Shown: positions 1 to 13,410, counted from the whole stretch's first letter. The stretch is DNA of 63,697 nucleotides, filler included, from Chiloscyllium plagiosum (GCF_004010195.1; 5 parts of one record of this genome joined end to end with filler, not necessarily neighbours in it), one strand, 5' to 3'. A program made the numbers and translations. The notes: generated by a model from the sequence alone, not told the origin.

Positions 1-461
1 GGGACTGGGGAAGCGAAAATCATGGAGCAGGTGGAGTGCGTGGGTGGTGTCCCGAACGTAGTTGGGGAGTTCTTGGACTAAGGGGGACAGGACGGTGTCA
101 AGGTATGCGGAGATGAGTTCGGTGGGACGGGAGCAGGCTAAGACAATGGGTCGGCCGGGGCAGTCAGGTTTGTGGATTTTGGGCAGGAGGTAGAAGCGGG
201 AGGTGCGGGGTTGTGGGACTATGAGGTTGGAGGCGGTGGATGGGAGATCCCCCGAGGTGATGAGGTTATGGACGGTCTGGGAGAGGACAAGGTCAGAAAT
301 AAAAATCTATTAAGATGGTTTGGTGGTGGGGGGTGGGGTCATGGTCAAGGGGGCAGTAGGAGGAGGTATCTGCGAGCTGGCGGCGTTTGGCAGCGGTGTA
401 GAGGTCGGTGCGCCAAACTACTACCGCGCCTCCCTTGTCTGCTGGTTTGATAGTGAGGTTG
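1..461 (-). mobile_element. Penelope-like element, reverse transcriptase fragment
   Basis: Reverse complement reads NLTIKPADKGGAVVVWRTDLY, the PLE RT N-terminal motif. Closely similar to 9170-9570 in the opposite orientation. Contains a ~29-bp AT-rich insertion near 286-314. Confidence 0.9.
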
Positions 462-499
462 TTTTTTTTTTATCTATTTCTATCTATCATGACAGCCAC

Positions 500-2040
500 G
501 GGTGGTGAGCTGGGAGCCTGGAAAGTGGCTAATGTTATACCAGCATTTAGGAAAGGCTGTGAGGGAAAGCCAGGGACATCAACACCAATTAGCTTGATGT
601 CAGTGGTGCCAATGTTGTTGGAAGCGATTCTGCGGAACAGGAGTCACATGCATTTGGAAAGGCAATGATTGATTAGGGATAGTCAGCATAGCTTTGTGCG
701 TACAAAGGGGTGTCTCTCAAACTTGGTAGAGTTTGTTGAAGAGGTGACCATGGAGATGGATGAAGGTAGAGCAATAGACGTTGTCTATCCTGACTTCAGC
801 AAGGCCTTAGACAGGGTTTAGCCTGGTGCCCTGGTTAGTAAGATTAGATCACATGGGATCAGGGAGAACATGCCAAACAAACACAAAATGGGCTTGATAG
901 TAGGAGACAGAGGATGGTGGGAGAGGGTCGTTGTGCAGACTGGGGGCCTCTGATCCGGGGTGTGCCATGAGGATCGGTGCAAGGTCCACACATGTGTATT
1001 ATTGGCATAAACGAGAATATATGAATTGTTGTTAGCATGTTTGTGGATAGTAAAATACGTGTTATAGTGGGCAATGAATATAGTTATCAAAGGTGATCTT
1101 AACTAACGGAGCCGTGGGTCACGAAATGAAAGGTGGAGTTGAATTCAGGTGTTTGATTTTGTTAAGACAATCCAGGGAGGACTAACACAGTTAATGGCAG
1201 TGCCCTGTTCAGTGTTGTCTAACGGAGACAGACCAAGTGGTGCAGTTACATTGTTCCTTGGATGTGGCTTCACACGTGGAGAAACAGACAGGTTGGAGAA
1301 GCTGGAAAGCAAAACAGGGCGATGAGATAGCTTTGAAAGATAAAGTTAAGGAGAATCCAAAGAGATTCTACAGCACACAAGTACAAAAAAGCAACTCAAG
1401 ACAATAGAGCACCTCAAAGATCAAGAAGGCCATCCATGCCTGGAGATGGGCGCGACCTGAAATGAATATTTCATGTCAGAACATATTTTGGACAAAGACC
1501 AGGAAACAAAGGGAGAGAATCAATGATGTCTTGAAAATAGTCCCCATTACAGAAGAGGTTGTGCTGGAGATCTTAGAACACAACGGCAGAGAACGCCCGA
1601 GGTCCTGAACAAGTATCCCAGAACATTGTGGCAAAGTCGCAGCGGGAACCATGGCAGAGATATTTGTATCATTATCCTTCGTATTTCCCTTAGGCGGACG
1701 TGGCTGAGGGGTGACCTTATAAAGGTTTATAAAACCATGAGGGGTATACTTAATGTGAATAGTAAAGTTTTCTATCCCAGGGTAGGGGTATCCATTACTA
1801 GAGGGCAGAAATATGAGGTGAGAGAAGAAATACTTAAAAGTGACCAGAGGAGAACATTTCCACGTAGAGAATGGTGCATGTATGGAATGAGCGTCTGGGG
1901 AAGGGGTAGAGGAAAGTAAAGTTACAACATGGAAAAGACGTTTGGGCAGATACATGGAGAAGAGAAGGTTTGAAGGGATATGGACCAAACGCATGCAAAT
2001 GCGACTCGTTCATGACCAGTAGTCAGCATGGACTAGTTGC
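500..2040 (+). mobile_element. CR1 LINE ORF2 (RT to 3' end) fragments, decayed
   Basis: WKVANVIPAFRKG..PG..PISLMSVV..LEAILR, DFSKA, and LRGDLIKVYKTMRG motifs typical of CR1 ORF2, with stops and frameshifts. Confidence 0.85.
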
Positions 2041-2457
2041 ATGGAAGGATAATAAAGGCAGTACATTTCAAATATGGGGAGGGACAATAGGGAAGGTAGA
2101 CGTTACAGGGTCAGGCACAGTTTTAGGAGTTACAAATTATTGAAGACACTGGTCCACGAGACATGGAATATGTACAGCGTTGGAGGGGGAACACAGAACA
2201 GAAAGATCCCAGGCAGCTTTCCCACCCACTCATGGGAAGCTTGCTTTCCCCTCTGTTGTCCTGATGCTCACTAAGACATCACAGGCATGGATTGATAACT
2301 GTGACACTCCTGATACTGTCTCAGAACAACAAAACTTTCAGTCGACATGGTGATTCAGCCTAGGGTGTGTCTGTACACTGCTCCCCCTCCAGCCCTGTTA
2401 AATGATGTTTGGAGTCCTCTCGCTGCTCTCTGCTCTGTGCACGGTGAGTGATCTTAC

Positions 2458-2592
2458 CTCAGGGCAGGGTTTATTGAAGGCTCCAGATCTCCCTGCCCTT
2501 TGTCTCTCTGCCTGACCAACCATTTTCAATGTGGTAATGGATGGGACACCCAGCATCTGGGAAATCTATTGAGTCAGGAATTTCCTGAGTAC
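2458..2592 (-). other. Exon-like cassette, copy 1 (135 nt; unknown gene, non-coding or pseudogenised)
   Basis: Minus strand: ctaat + polypyrimidine tract tttcccattctgtctatttctctgtctcctgtag|GTACTC...CCTGAG|gtaaga. All three frames contain a stop. Confidence 0.45.
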
Positions 2593-2934
2593 CTACAGGA
2601 GACAGAGAAATAGACAGAATGGGAAATTAGACTGATGCAGTGAGGGTTACACATTGAGAATAGTATTGTGTCCCACGAAGATCTGGAAAATCCCAGTCTC
2701 CATCCCTGGCCGGTGCAGAATTCTGTTGGCTCAGAATCTGGAGTAGCTGTAAGAGTGAGAGACACTGACAGAGGCAGCAATTAGGCCCACACAGTGAGGG
2801 ATACCACATGGAGAGAGACTGAGTGATATCACCAGACTGCAGGAAGGTACAAGGATCAAACAATCATGAAGGAAAACAGGTTTAGCTCCATGATATACTG
2901 GTATCAGTGTTCAAGGATAAATAGCCTGTGAGCA

Positions 2935-3303
2935 GACAAAGTAATGGCCTAGTGATATTGTTGCCAGAGCATGTATCCCAAACCTCAGCTAATGTTCAGG
3001 AGAGGCAGGTTTGAATAACCTCATCTGAAATGGTGGAATTTGATTTAAATTATTTTAATAATAGTAATTGACCATTTATAAATATCATTACTGATGTACA
3101 ATAAATCCAAACACTTGTCATTCCGAGAAGGACATCTGCCCACCCTCACGTGGTCTGCACGACATAGCCTCAGCAAAGTGTTTGCCTCCCAATAACCCTC
3201 TGAAATGGCCGAGCAAGCTACTCAGCTCAAGGGCAGCTACGGCTGGGCAAGAAAGGCTGGTCAGCCAGAGACACCAAAATCCGATACCTGATTTTAAAAA
3301 AAA
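2935..3303 (+). mobile_element. SacSINE1/DeuSINE-type SINE, decayed
   Basis: Head gtaatggcctagtgatattgttg, core ggtctgcacgacatagcctcagcaaagtg...ccctctgaaatggccgagcaagctactcag, and A-rich tail. Family assignment is from recalled consensus. Confidence 0.6.
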
Positions 3304-3559
3304 ATCCATGAGGATGGGGTCCCACTGGAACTGAGCTGGGACCAGTGTCCTGGCCAATCATGTCGGTAGGTTTATGGACAGCTACACTTAGAGGGTTCAG
3401 GTGAAAGGAACTTTACAAATCCAAATAGAAAAGATGACGCATGTGAACAGCATGAGGATGTGACTGAAGACAAGCAGAAAGGAACACGGAGGGACAGATT
3501 TTAACTAAAACCGTACATCAGTGAATCGATTTGTGACAGGAAATTGTGGGAAAGAGTAA

Positions 3560-4480
3560 ATTATGTTTTTTTTTGGAATGGACAAAGTCTCTGCAGCAAG
3601 GTAGACTGATTTGTGATAAAGAGATAAAAGAGATTTCGACACCAGGGAGACATGGTTACAGGACGAACAACAGTTGGAACATAAATATTCAATGGTTCAC
3701 AACCCTGCGGAAACTCAGGCAAAATGGGTAATGCTAACAATAATGGATAACAAAGGTATTACAAGAAAGCAGTTGGCATCGGATCATGAAGTCGAGTCAG
3801 TCTGAATGTAAATTCTGGCTACTACTTGCCAAGGACACAAGCAGCAGAACAGTTTTTGGCCACTTAACAACATTTCATTGCTCATCATATGCATTAAAGA
3901 GGAACTCATTGGAATTTTTAAGAAAGGCATTGTGATAATTTAGTGAAACTTGAATATTCATATAATCTTGACAATCATACTGGCAAGAGTGATATTCAAA
4001 GAAGAGATTGTGGAATTTTTTTTCAGTGCTTCTTTGAATAACACATTATGCAACTGGCTAGGGACGTAGCTATCTCGGTGTGACCGTTGTGTCATGAAAC
4101 TTAGTGAGAAATGTCACCTGGGGAGATCCTCTGGGAAATTGTGTAAAGTGCAGTTAAAGAAATATAAAGTTTTAAAGTGAATCACAGAAAGGACACGCTA
4201 CATCTGGAAATGAAAACAGCCAATTGCATGAGTTTGAGAGGAGACCTGACCAAGGTAAACAGACTAAACAGACTGAAACATGTGTCTGTAAATGAACAGT
4301 GGAAAACGTTTGAAGGAACAGTGTGAAACACTCAACAAAAGGATGTTCCATTGAAATAGAAAATCCTCAGCAAGAAATTCCCACCCATCCCGCACTCAGG
4401 ATAAAATGGATCATATCAGATTATGAGGCTTAGACGATTACCACAAAGTACTTAAAATCCTGAAATGAGAGCGAGTTTAA
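3560..4480 (+). mobile_element. Old CR1 LINE endonuclease-region remnant
   Basis: ETWLQDEQ / WNINIQWFTTLRKLRQNG resembles CR1 ETWL..WELNIQG...FRKDR. ANCMSLRGDLTKVN..NRLK.VSVNEQWKTFEG is a CR1 linker signature. Confidence 0.7.
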
Positions 4481-4689
4481 GCAGTAAGCTTTAAAGGGAT
4501 TGCAAAGGGTCTGCTAGCAGGGGGCGGGGAGGGTAATGGGAAGGGGTATCATTGTCAGGGTTTAATGACACGATAGGAACAGGGAGAGGTGAAGGTGCTG
4601 GAGGTGGTGAGAGAGTGGTCCGGGCCTGAACAGTGTGACAAAGCAAGCTGCAGCTGGAGGAGTTTGCAAAGGTAGGGAGGGACGAATGC

Positions 4690-4880
4690 ATTTTTATTTA
4701 TTTATTCATGGGATGAGGGTGATTGGACCAGCATTCTTTGCCCCACTGCTAATTACCCAGAGGGTAGCTCAGAGTCAGACATACTGCTGTGGGTCTGGAA
4801 TCACATGTCAGCCAGACCAGGTTGGAATGTCAGATGTCCTTCCCTAAAAGAAGCTAAGTGAACCAGATGAGTTCTTCCTA
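4690..4880 (-). mobile_element. SacSINE/DeuSINE-type SINE 3' part
   Basis: Reverse complement contains ctggtctggctgacatgtgattccagacccacagcagtatg...atgaataaataaataaaaa. Paralogous copies at ~13700-13890, 17550-17740 and 28040-28240. Confidence 0.65.
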
Positions 4881-6883
4881 CTGATCAACAATGCTTTTAT
4901 GGAGTCCGCACCAATGTCCTGTACAGCCACAACATGACATCCCAACTCCTACTCTCAATGTTTTGCCCTATGAAGATAACCATCCCAAACATCTGCTTCA
5001 CCAGCCTGTCTACCAGTATCGCCACTCTCAAGAAACTGTCTACCTGCATCCCTGGGTCTCTGATTGACAACACTACCCAGTGCCCGAACATTAACTGTAC
5101 AAGTCCCGCCCTGGTTTGTTTCACCAAAATGTAACACTTCACATTTATCTAATTAAACGTCATCTGCTATTCTTCAGGCCACTATTCCAGCAGTACTGTT
5201 CATCCTGTTGTTTCATAGATAATTTTCTTCACTGTCCACATCACCAGCAATTTCAGTGTCACCCAAAAGACTTATTTACCAGGAAACCAATATTCCCATC
5301 CAAACCATTTATCCAAATGAAAACAACAGTGGACCCACTCCACCGCTGGTCACATGCCTCCAGTCAGAAACACAACCCTCTGTCTCCTACCATCAACCCC
5401 AATTTTGTAATCAGTTTCCTCGCTTCTCCTGAATGCCGTATCCTTTTACAATGGTCGAGGCATATTACCCAGTTTACCACAGGGAACGTAGAACACTGAA
5501 CAGTACAGTACAAAACCCTTCGGCCATGATGCCATGCCAACCTTTTATCCATTTGTAAGATCAAACTAACCTTCATACCCTTCATTTTACTGCCATCCAT
5601 GTGCCTATCCAAGAGTCTATTAAATGTCCCTCATGTATCTGACTTTCCTACCACCACTGGCAGTGCATTCCAACCATGCAACACTCTTTGTAAAAAACCT
5701 TTCTCTGAAATTTCTCCTTACCCATCCACCAATCACCTTAAAATTATTTATGCCCACTGACAATAGCCATTTATGCCATGCTATAAAGAAGTCTCTCACT
5801 ATTCACTCTATCTATGTCTCACATCATCATGATCACCTCTACCAAGTCGCCGCTCACCCTTCTTCACTTCAATGACAAAAGGCTTACCTCCCTGAACCTT
5901 TCTTCGTAAGACATGCTCTCCAGTACAGGCAACATTCTGGTAAGTCTCCAATTTACCCTCCATAAAGCTTCCACATCCTTCCTGTAATGAGGGGATCAGA
6001 ACTGAACACAATATTCCAAGTGGGGTCTAACCATGGCTCTATAGGGCTGTAGCATAACCTCTTGAAAACCCAATCCCCCAGCAATTGAAAGGCAACACAA
6101 CATATTCCTTCTCAACATACCTATCAGCTTGGATGGCAACTTTGAGGGATAGATGGATGTGGAACCCAAGATCTCTCTGTTCCACAACACCACCAAGCAT
6201 TCTGCCTTTAACCCTGTATTCTGCATTCAAGTTAGACTTTCCAAAATAAATCATTTCACACTTTTCCAGATTAAACTTCATCTGCCACTTCTCAGTCCAG
6301 CTCCACATTCTGGCAATATCCTGCTGCAACCTACAACAGGCCTCCACACTATCCACCACTCCACCAACCTCCATGTCATTGGCAAAATTACTAACCCATT
6401 CTTCCACAACCACATTCGAGTAGTTTATAAAAAGAATCACAAAGAGCAGAGTTCCTGCAACTGATCCCTGCAGAACACCACTGTTCACCGAGCTCCGTGC
6501 TGAATGTTTCCCATCTATCATCACCCTCTGTCTTCAATGAGGCAGGAATTCCATATCCAGACAGACAGGTTTCCTGTATCCCATGCCTCTGCATTTTCTG
6601 ACTGAGCCATAAATGTGTTTTTAATCACATTCTCGAAGGATTCAATAAGATTTGTGAGGCATGACCTGTCCCTTACAAAGCCATGCTGACTATCTCTAAT
6701 CAAACTATGGTTTTCTACGGAGTCATAAAGCCGCTCTCTCAGAGTCCTCTCCAATAAATTGCATACCACAGACATAAGAAAGTGGAGGTCTGTAGTTCCC
6801 AGGATTAGCCCTATTCCCTTTCTTGAACAAGGGAGCAACTCCAATCATCTGGTACGACTCTGCTGGACAGTGTGGGTGCAAAG

Positions 6884-6985
6884 TTGAAAAGTGTGGTGCT
6901 GGAAAAACACAACAGGCCAGGCAGCATCCGAGGAGTTGGAGAATCGACGTTTCGGACATAAGCTCTTCTTCAAGCCCTTTCTCCT
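6884..6985 (-). mobile_element. Short PLE pseudo-LTR insert (family A) with degenerate hammerhead
   Basis: Flanked by 15-bp TSD agtgtgggt(g/c)caaag (6869-6883, 6986-7000). Minus strand reads tTGAAGAagagcttatgtccGAAAcgTCgattc. Confidence 0.8.
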
Positions 6986-7408
6986 AGTGTGGGTCCAAAG
7001 GTCATCGCCAAAGGCAACCCCTTCCCTCGCAGTAACTTTGGGCATATCTGGTCTTGTCCAATAGACTTATCTATCTTTATATTTTACACAATCCTCAGCA
7101 CATCCTCTTTCTCAATATCAACCTGTTCACATATATCAGTCCTTTTCACCCTGTCCTCACAAATGACAAAGTCCCTCTCAGCAGTGAATACTGAAGCAAA
7201 GTATTCATTAAGGTCCTCCCCTACCTCCTGTGACTCCAGGCACATGTTCCCTCCACTATGCCTGACCACCCCTATCCTCACGCTGACCATCCTCTTCTTC
7301 CTCACATAAGTGGACAATGCCTTATGGTTTTCCTTAATCCTTCCCAAAAAAAGATTTTTCATGTCCCATTCTAGCTGTCTAAGTCCATTCTTCAGTTCCT
7401 TCCTGGCT

Positions 7409-7756
7409 ACCTTCAGAGAGTCCGCAGAGTGTGGAAACATTCCATTTGGCCCAACAACTCCATACGGACCCTCTGAAGAACATCCCGCCCAAAACCATTC
7501 CCCCACCCTATTACTCTCCCTTTACCCTGACTAATGTGTCAATCCTGCACTTCCCTGAAAACTATGGGTAATTTACCATGGCTGATTCACCTAATCTGCA
7601 CATCTTTGTGTGGAAACTGGAGCACTTGGAGGAACACTTCACAGACATAGGGAGAACATGTAAACTCCACACAGACAGTCGCCCGGGACTGGAATCGAAA
7701 TCGGGTCCCTGCTGCTATAAGGCAGCCGTGCTAACCACTGAGCCATCGTGCCGCCC
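7409..7756 (-). mobile_element. HE1-type V-SINE
   Basis: Reverse complement starts gggcggcacgatggctcagtggttagcac (tRNA-like A box), followed by B box, V-domain tgtgtggagttt and CR1-derived tail ...tgtttccacact. Confidence 0.85.
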
Positions 7757-9149
7757 TCAAATAACCCTATAGAGCTCTAACGATCCGAGCGTCCTCAACC
7801 TTAAGTAAGCGTCGTTCTCCTTCTTGACTAGATGTTCTACATCCCTTTGAACCTTGTTAAATGCTTCGCTAAAGTCCACGTGGACAATGTTCACTGCTCT
7901 GCCTTCATCTATCTCTTGGCCACCTCCTCGAAGAGTCAATCCAGTGTGTGAAACACGGTTTCCCACTCACAAAGCCATGCTGACCATATCTAATCAGCCC
8001 TTGCCTTTTCAAATATACGTAGCTCTTTTCTCTCAGAATCTCCTCCAACAACTACCCCATCACTGGACTCATGGGGCTGTAATTTTCTGGCTTTTCCCTG
8101 CAATCCTTTAGTGATGGAACTGCATTAGCCGCCCTCCAGTCTTTCGGCACATCACTGCGTCTGTTGATAATATAAATTAAAATATCTCTGTTAGGAATAC
8201 TACAATCTCTTCCCTAGCTTCCCACAATATTCTCAGATCGACCTCATGAGCTACTAAGAATAGATCTGCCTTTACTTGTTTTAATATTCCAGCACATTCT
8301 CTTCTCTGTTTAGGATTCTTTCCAAGACATCGCAATTTATTTCCCAACGTTCCCGAGCTTCCATGTCTTTCTCCACAGTAAATACTGACAAGACTATTTT
8401 TTCGTTGAATATCTCACCAACCTGCTCTGGTCCCACACATAGGCGACATTATTGATATTTAAGGGGCCCTATTCTCTACCAAGTTACTCTTTAGCCCTTA
8501 TTGAAACTTGCACAAAGGCTTCTGAAAATTCAAATAAACCATATTCTCCGTACCAACACCACCACCCCCCAACATCCTTATCTACTCTGCCATTTATATT
8601 CACACCAACAAATAAATCCAACAGGCTCAAAAACAAATTCTCTTTTATAAAATGTGTTTCTAAGGGTCCAGTTATTTTTTATTGATATGTCGTTTCATAC
8701 TCATTTCAGAATGCTCCTGACTTACTGTCAGGCTAACAGTATTTGTTTATAGACTAGAATATTATGAACAGTGTGTGTGCCCGAAGGTAAGATATTCTTG
8801 TATCAGAGGCAGGCCAGAGAAGGTTCACTCGGCTGATGTTGGAAATGGAGGGATTATATAATAAGAGGTGGAGTAGATTGAGAATGAACCCATTGAAGTT
8901 GAGAAAAATTAGAGAGAAACTGAATGGAACATGCAAGATTCTGAAGTGCTTTGACCAGTTAAATGCTGGGAAGTTAGAAAATAGAACAGTGCAGCAATAG
9001 GCCCTTTGGCCCACCTTGATATCATTCTCAACACATCCCATCTGTATGTACATGGTCCATGCCCCTCTATTCTCTGGCTGTTCATGTTTCTGTCTAAATG
9101 TCACTTCAAAACTTTACTCACATTTCAGTTTCTATTACCTCGGTTGGCA

Positions 9150-10361
9150 ACTTCCACTTCTTCCAACCCCAACCTCACTATCAAACCAGCAGACAAGGGA
9201 GGCGCGGTAGTAGTTTGGCGCACCGACCTTTACACCGCTGAGGCTAAACGCCAGCTCGCGGACACCTCCTCCTATTGCCCCCTTGACCATGACCCCACCT
9301 CCCACCACCAAACGATCATCTCCCAGACCATCCATAACCTCATCAGCTCAGAGGACCTCCGTCCGCCGCCTCTACTCTCATAGTCCCACAACCCCTCACC
9401 GCCCGTTTCTACCTCCTGCCCAAAATCCACAAACCTGACTGCCCCGGCCGACCCAATGTCTCAGCCTGCTCCGGCTCCACCGAACTCATCTCTGCATACC
9501 CCGACATGGTCCTGTCCCCCTTAGTCCAAGAACTCCCCACCTACGTTCGGGACACCACCCACGCCCTCTACCNNNNNNNNNNNNNNNNNNNNNNNNNNNN
9601 NNNNNNNNNNNNNNNNNNNNNNNNNNNNNNNNNNNNNNNNNNNNNNNNNNNNNNNNNNNNNNNNNNNNNNNNNNNNNNNNNNNNGACACCCTCCTTCGAC
9701 TGACTGAACTGGTCCTCACCCTGAACAACTTCTCTTTCCAATCCTCCCACTTCCTGCAAACCAAAGTAGTAGCCATGGGCACCCGTATGGGCCCCAGCTA
9801 TGCCTGCCTCTTCGTAGGATATGTGAAACAGTCCATCTTCCACAGCTACACTGGCACCATCCCCCACCTTTTCCTCCGCTACATCGATGCTGCTTCGTGC
9901 TCCCACGAGGAGGTTGAACAGTTCATCCACTTTACCAACACCTTCCACCCCGACCTCAAATTCACCTGGACCGTCTCATACTCCTCCCTCCCCTTCCTAG
10001 ACCTTTCCATTTCTATCTAGGGCGACCGAATCAACACGGACATTTACTATAAACCGACTGACTCCCACAGCTACCTAGACTACACCTCCTCCCACCCTGC
10101 CCCCTGTAAAAACGCCATCCCATATTCCCAATTCCTTTGCCTCAGCCGCATCTGCTCCCAGGACGACCAGTTCCAAAACCGTACAACCCAGATGGCCTCC
10201 TTCTTCAAAGACCATAATTTCCCCCAGACGTGATCGACAATGCCCTCCACCGCATCTCCTCCACTTCCCCTCCTCCGCCCTTGAGCCCCACCCCTCCAAT
10301 CGCCACCAGGACAGAACCCCACTTGTCCTCACCTACCACCCCACCAACCTCCATGTACAGC
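9150..10361 (+). mobile_element. Penelope-like element reverse transcriptase (pseudogenised, runs into gap)
   Basis: [57 protein letters not shown] and YYKPTDSHSYLDYTSSHP, with stops and frameshifts. Confidence 0.95.
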
Positions 10362-11389
10362 NNNNNNNNNNNNNNNNNNNNNNNNNNNNNNNNNNNNNNN
10401 NNNNNNNNNNNNNNNNNNNNNNNNNNNNNNNNNNNNNNNNNNNNNNNNNNNNNNNNNNNNNNNNNNNNNNNNNNNNNNNNNNNNNNNNNNNNNNNNNNNN
10501 NNNNNNNNNNNNNNNNNNNNNNNNNNNNNNNNNNNNNNNNNNNNNNNNNNNNNNNNNNNNNNNNNNNNNNNNNNNNNNNNNNNNNNNNNNNNNNNNNNNN
10601 NNNNNNNNNNNNNNNNNNNNNNNNNNNNNNNNNNNNNNNNNNNNNNNNNNNNNNNNNNNNNNNNNNNNNNNNNNNNNNNNNNNNNNNNNNNNNNNNNNNN
10701 NNNNNNNNNNNNNNNNNNNNNNNNNNNNNNNNNNNNNNNNNNNNNNNNNNNNNNNNNNNNNNNNNNNNNNNNNNNNNNNNNNNNNNNNNNNNNNNNNNNN
10801 NNNNNNNNNNNNNNNNNNNNNNNNNNNNNNNNNNNNNNNNNNNNNNNNNNNNNNNNNNNNNNNNNNNNNNNNNNNNNNNNNNNNNAATTCCGCTCCTACA
10901 TCTCGTGGTCTGAACTCAAACTCAGTATGTCTTGCATAACATTATAGGTCTCTGCTCAGAAAACCCCTTTATAATGTCATTATTGGATATTTATTATTAC
11001 ACAGCATTTGATCTACACAAGACAATTTTGTTGATGGTTCCTTGATATGATGTTATAGAAAACCATTTCGTATACAATCCAGAATTCCATCCCTTACAGC
11101 CCTGATACTCATTAGTTATCCAGTTGGGATGGAGACCAGTATCACAAACAGTCACTGTACTGCCTTTGCTACAAGTACATTCAGTGTCCTGACTGTAATC
11201 ACATTTACATTACCATCACTGGTTGGTGCATATAAAAGAATTCCTGCTAATGATTGCTGCTGTTTGCTTATTCTCAGCTCCACTCAACTGGACTCCAACT
11301 TTTGATCTTCAGATCCACGTAACTGTCTCATTATTGCATTAACCTCATTCTTTCTTCACAACTTGTTGATGTTTTGCCTCGTCTGCCTC

Positions 11390-11487
11390 TTGGGACTAGA
11401 TTGGATGGGGATATCTGGTCGGCATCGATGGGTTGGAACTGAAGGGTCTGTTTCCATGCTGTACATCTCTATGACTGTATGACTCTA
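11390..11487 (+). mobile_element. CR1 LINE extreme 3' end
   Basis: gggactagattggatggggatatctggtcggcatcgatgggttgg...ctgtacatctctatgactgtatgactct matches the CR1 3' ends at 40760-40860 and (inverted) 42365-42470. Confidence 0.75.
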
Positions 11488-11629
11488 ACGCAACAACCCT
11501 TCAATATTCCCTTCCCAGCGATGGTGATTCTGCAGCTACATCTCCGGAATGACAATTCCATCATATCTGTTCACTGTTATTCCATCTGCCTTGTGGCGAA
11601 TACAGGGAGTCATTCCTCAGTAGTGGTGG

Positions 11630-12435
11630 GTTGAACGGATGGGTAGAGGTTACAGAGAGAGGGAGGCTACAGGGGCTCGAGTATGTTAGAGTTAAACAGA
11701 GTTACATCTGGTCAAGAATGTCATGGGATAAAGGGGTTTGGGGATTGGAGGAATTTACAGAGATGGAGGGAGCTGGATTAGATTTTGGAAATAGGGATAG
11801 GGATGGATGTAGGGAGAGGGAGGCAGTCTGAGAGGCACAGACGGGGCTGTTTCATCTAGGATATTATTATGCAAACTAACAGAGATATGGAAAGTTGTCG
11901 TGACTGAAGACGTTTACAGATAGAAGAAGGCTTCTAGGATCTGAAGGTTACTGAGATCGGAAGGCAATGGAGAATGTCAGGTTGGCGAGTTGGAGACAGT
12001 TACACAAATGGGGAGGGTTGCACAAACTGAAAGTGGTTCCTGTGGTTGCGAGGGGTATGGTGTCGTGAAAGAGGATGAAATTTAACAAGATAAAGATCAA
12101 AGAATTGGAGAAGGATAAGGAGATTACAAATTTTTCACAACTAAGGAAGGGTTATAGGAGCTGGAGAAGATTACCTAGGTCGGGACCGATAGAGAGGTAA
12201 AAGACAAATATATTGACATGTAGAATGATATTGGTGGGAGGAGCTTACAGGGATAGACAGGACTGTCAGGGTTTACTGGGATGAAGGAATTTAGTATCTA
12301 CTGGAGAAGTTTAGGAATTAGTGTGTTAGGGACTGGAGAACCTGACAGAGACAAAGACAGAGGTGTGGTGTGGACGAGAGGAGATTCCAAACAGAGGAAG
12401 GATTATCGGGACTGGAGGATATTACAGAGTTCATG
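11630..12435. repeat. Highly decayed purine-rich tandem repeat
   Basis: Recurrent variants of ggagga(g/t)(g/a)ttacagagat(a/g)g at irregular spacing, with strong G/A strand bias. Confidence 0.5.
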
Positions 12436-12652
12436 AATACAGCATGGGCCAGGATTGATGCCTGGGATCCCCTGTGCTGTCGCAGTGAGGGCCAGTACAG
12501 CAGAGGTGAAAGCAGGACCCTCACAAGATGGTTGGAATGAAGACAAGAATGTTGCTGTTCTTGCCCAGATCTGTATCTATGTCCCGTCTTCCAGGTCTGA
12601 ATATAGAAATCTACTACCTCCACCGTGTGCTGTTTACTGTGAGTGGTCTTAC

Positions 12653-12764
12653 CGGCTGCAGGATTTACTGAAGGCTCCAGATCTCCCTTTCCATCTCTGT
12701 CTGGCTGACTAACCAGACTCAATGAGGTGATGGATGAGACAGGAGTTAGGATCATCCGGATTAC
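12653..12764 (-). other. Exon-like cassette, diverged copy (112 nt)
   Basis: tttcccattctgtctatttctgtctcgtgcag|GTAATC...GCAGCCG|gtaaga. Phase-0 frame is open: VIRMILTPVSSITSLSLVSQPDRDGKGDLEPSVNPAA. Confidence 0.45.
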
Positions 12765-13084
12765 CTGCACGAGACAGAAATAGACAGAATGGGAAATTAG
12801 ACTGATGCAATGAGGATAATTCATGCAGAGTGGCACTGAGTCCAGCAGAGATCTCGAAAATCCCAGTCTCCATCCCTTGCCTGTGCTGTTGCATCTCTCT
12901 GGAGTGGACAATTCTGTTGACTCAGGATCTAAGAGGGAGAAATGCTGACAGAGGCAGAAAATAGTCTGACACAGCAAGGGATACCACATGGAGAGATACT
13001 GACTGATATCACATTATTAGACACTGCATTAACAGGGAATTGTTTGAAATGGTAACAAAGGCACTGGGATAATTGAGGGGATTC

Positions 13085-13410
13085 AACCTTCCTATCTCAT
13101 CATCTCTTTGGTGGTGGGTCACAGACGAGGCTGACTCTCTCCCACTCTCGGGGGTGGGCTGGGGCGCGGTCTGGAGTTGGCTGGGGAGGTCTGGAGCTGG
13201 CTGTACAGACCGATGTGGCTTTCCACAGATTCTGTTACACTCTGTTGCAGAAGGTGACCATGGGAAGGGGGTGGCTGGGGCGTTGGTGTGGTCACGCGCT
13301 CTTGTGCTGTTTTCTTCTGGATTCCCATTATCCCCACAGAAAGTCTCGAGGTGCTCGACACCTTCCCAATACTCCTCCCCGACTTTGGACGGTTTTGGCC
13401 CAGGACTTAA
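13085..13410 (-). mobile_element. RTE-clade LINE 3' end
   Basis: Minus strand gives frameshifted QNRPK..RSI.EGVEHLET...SHIGLYSQLQT, resembling the RTE C-terminal zinc-finger (C..C..SRIGLYSHLRTH), followed by a gatgatga-type tail. Confidence 0.65.

Larger units (their letters stand above)
2040..6750. repeat. Segmental duplication family A, copy A1
   Basis: 2380-5310 is collinear with 15484-18171 (direct). 2040-6750 is collinear with ~26340-30455 (inverted). Same order of exon-like cassette, SINE, CR1 endonuclease, SINE, CR1 RT. Confidence 0.9.
4900..8700 (-). mobile_element. Stacked CR1 LINE ORF2 fragments
   Basis: LYRTLVR, VRPHLEYCVQF, SGVLQGSVAG..FANDMEVGGVVDS, SQHGFVRDRSCLTNLIESFE, PLFKKGNRANPGNYRP and LNEYFASVFT in minus-strand ORFs. 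Interrupted by a PLE insert and an HE1 SINE. Confidence 0.9.

Noticed and set aside
10230..10913. Long ORFs of 200+ aa (also 14840-15622, 25380-26118, 51156-51823)
   Set aside because: They are read-through of N gaps.
12318..12989. 223-aa minus-strand ORF as a gene
   Set aside because: It runs through an evident polypyrimidine tract and donor site, has no recognisable domain, and is not open in the paralogous copies.
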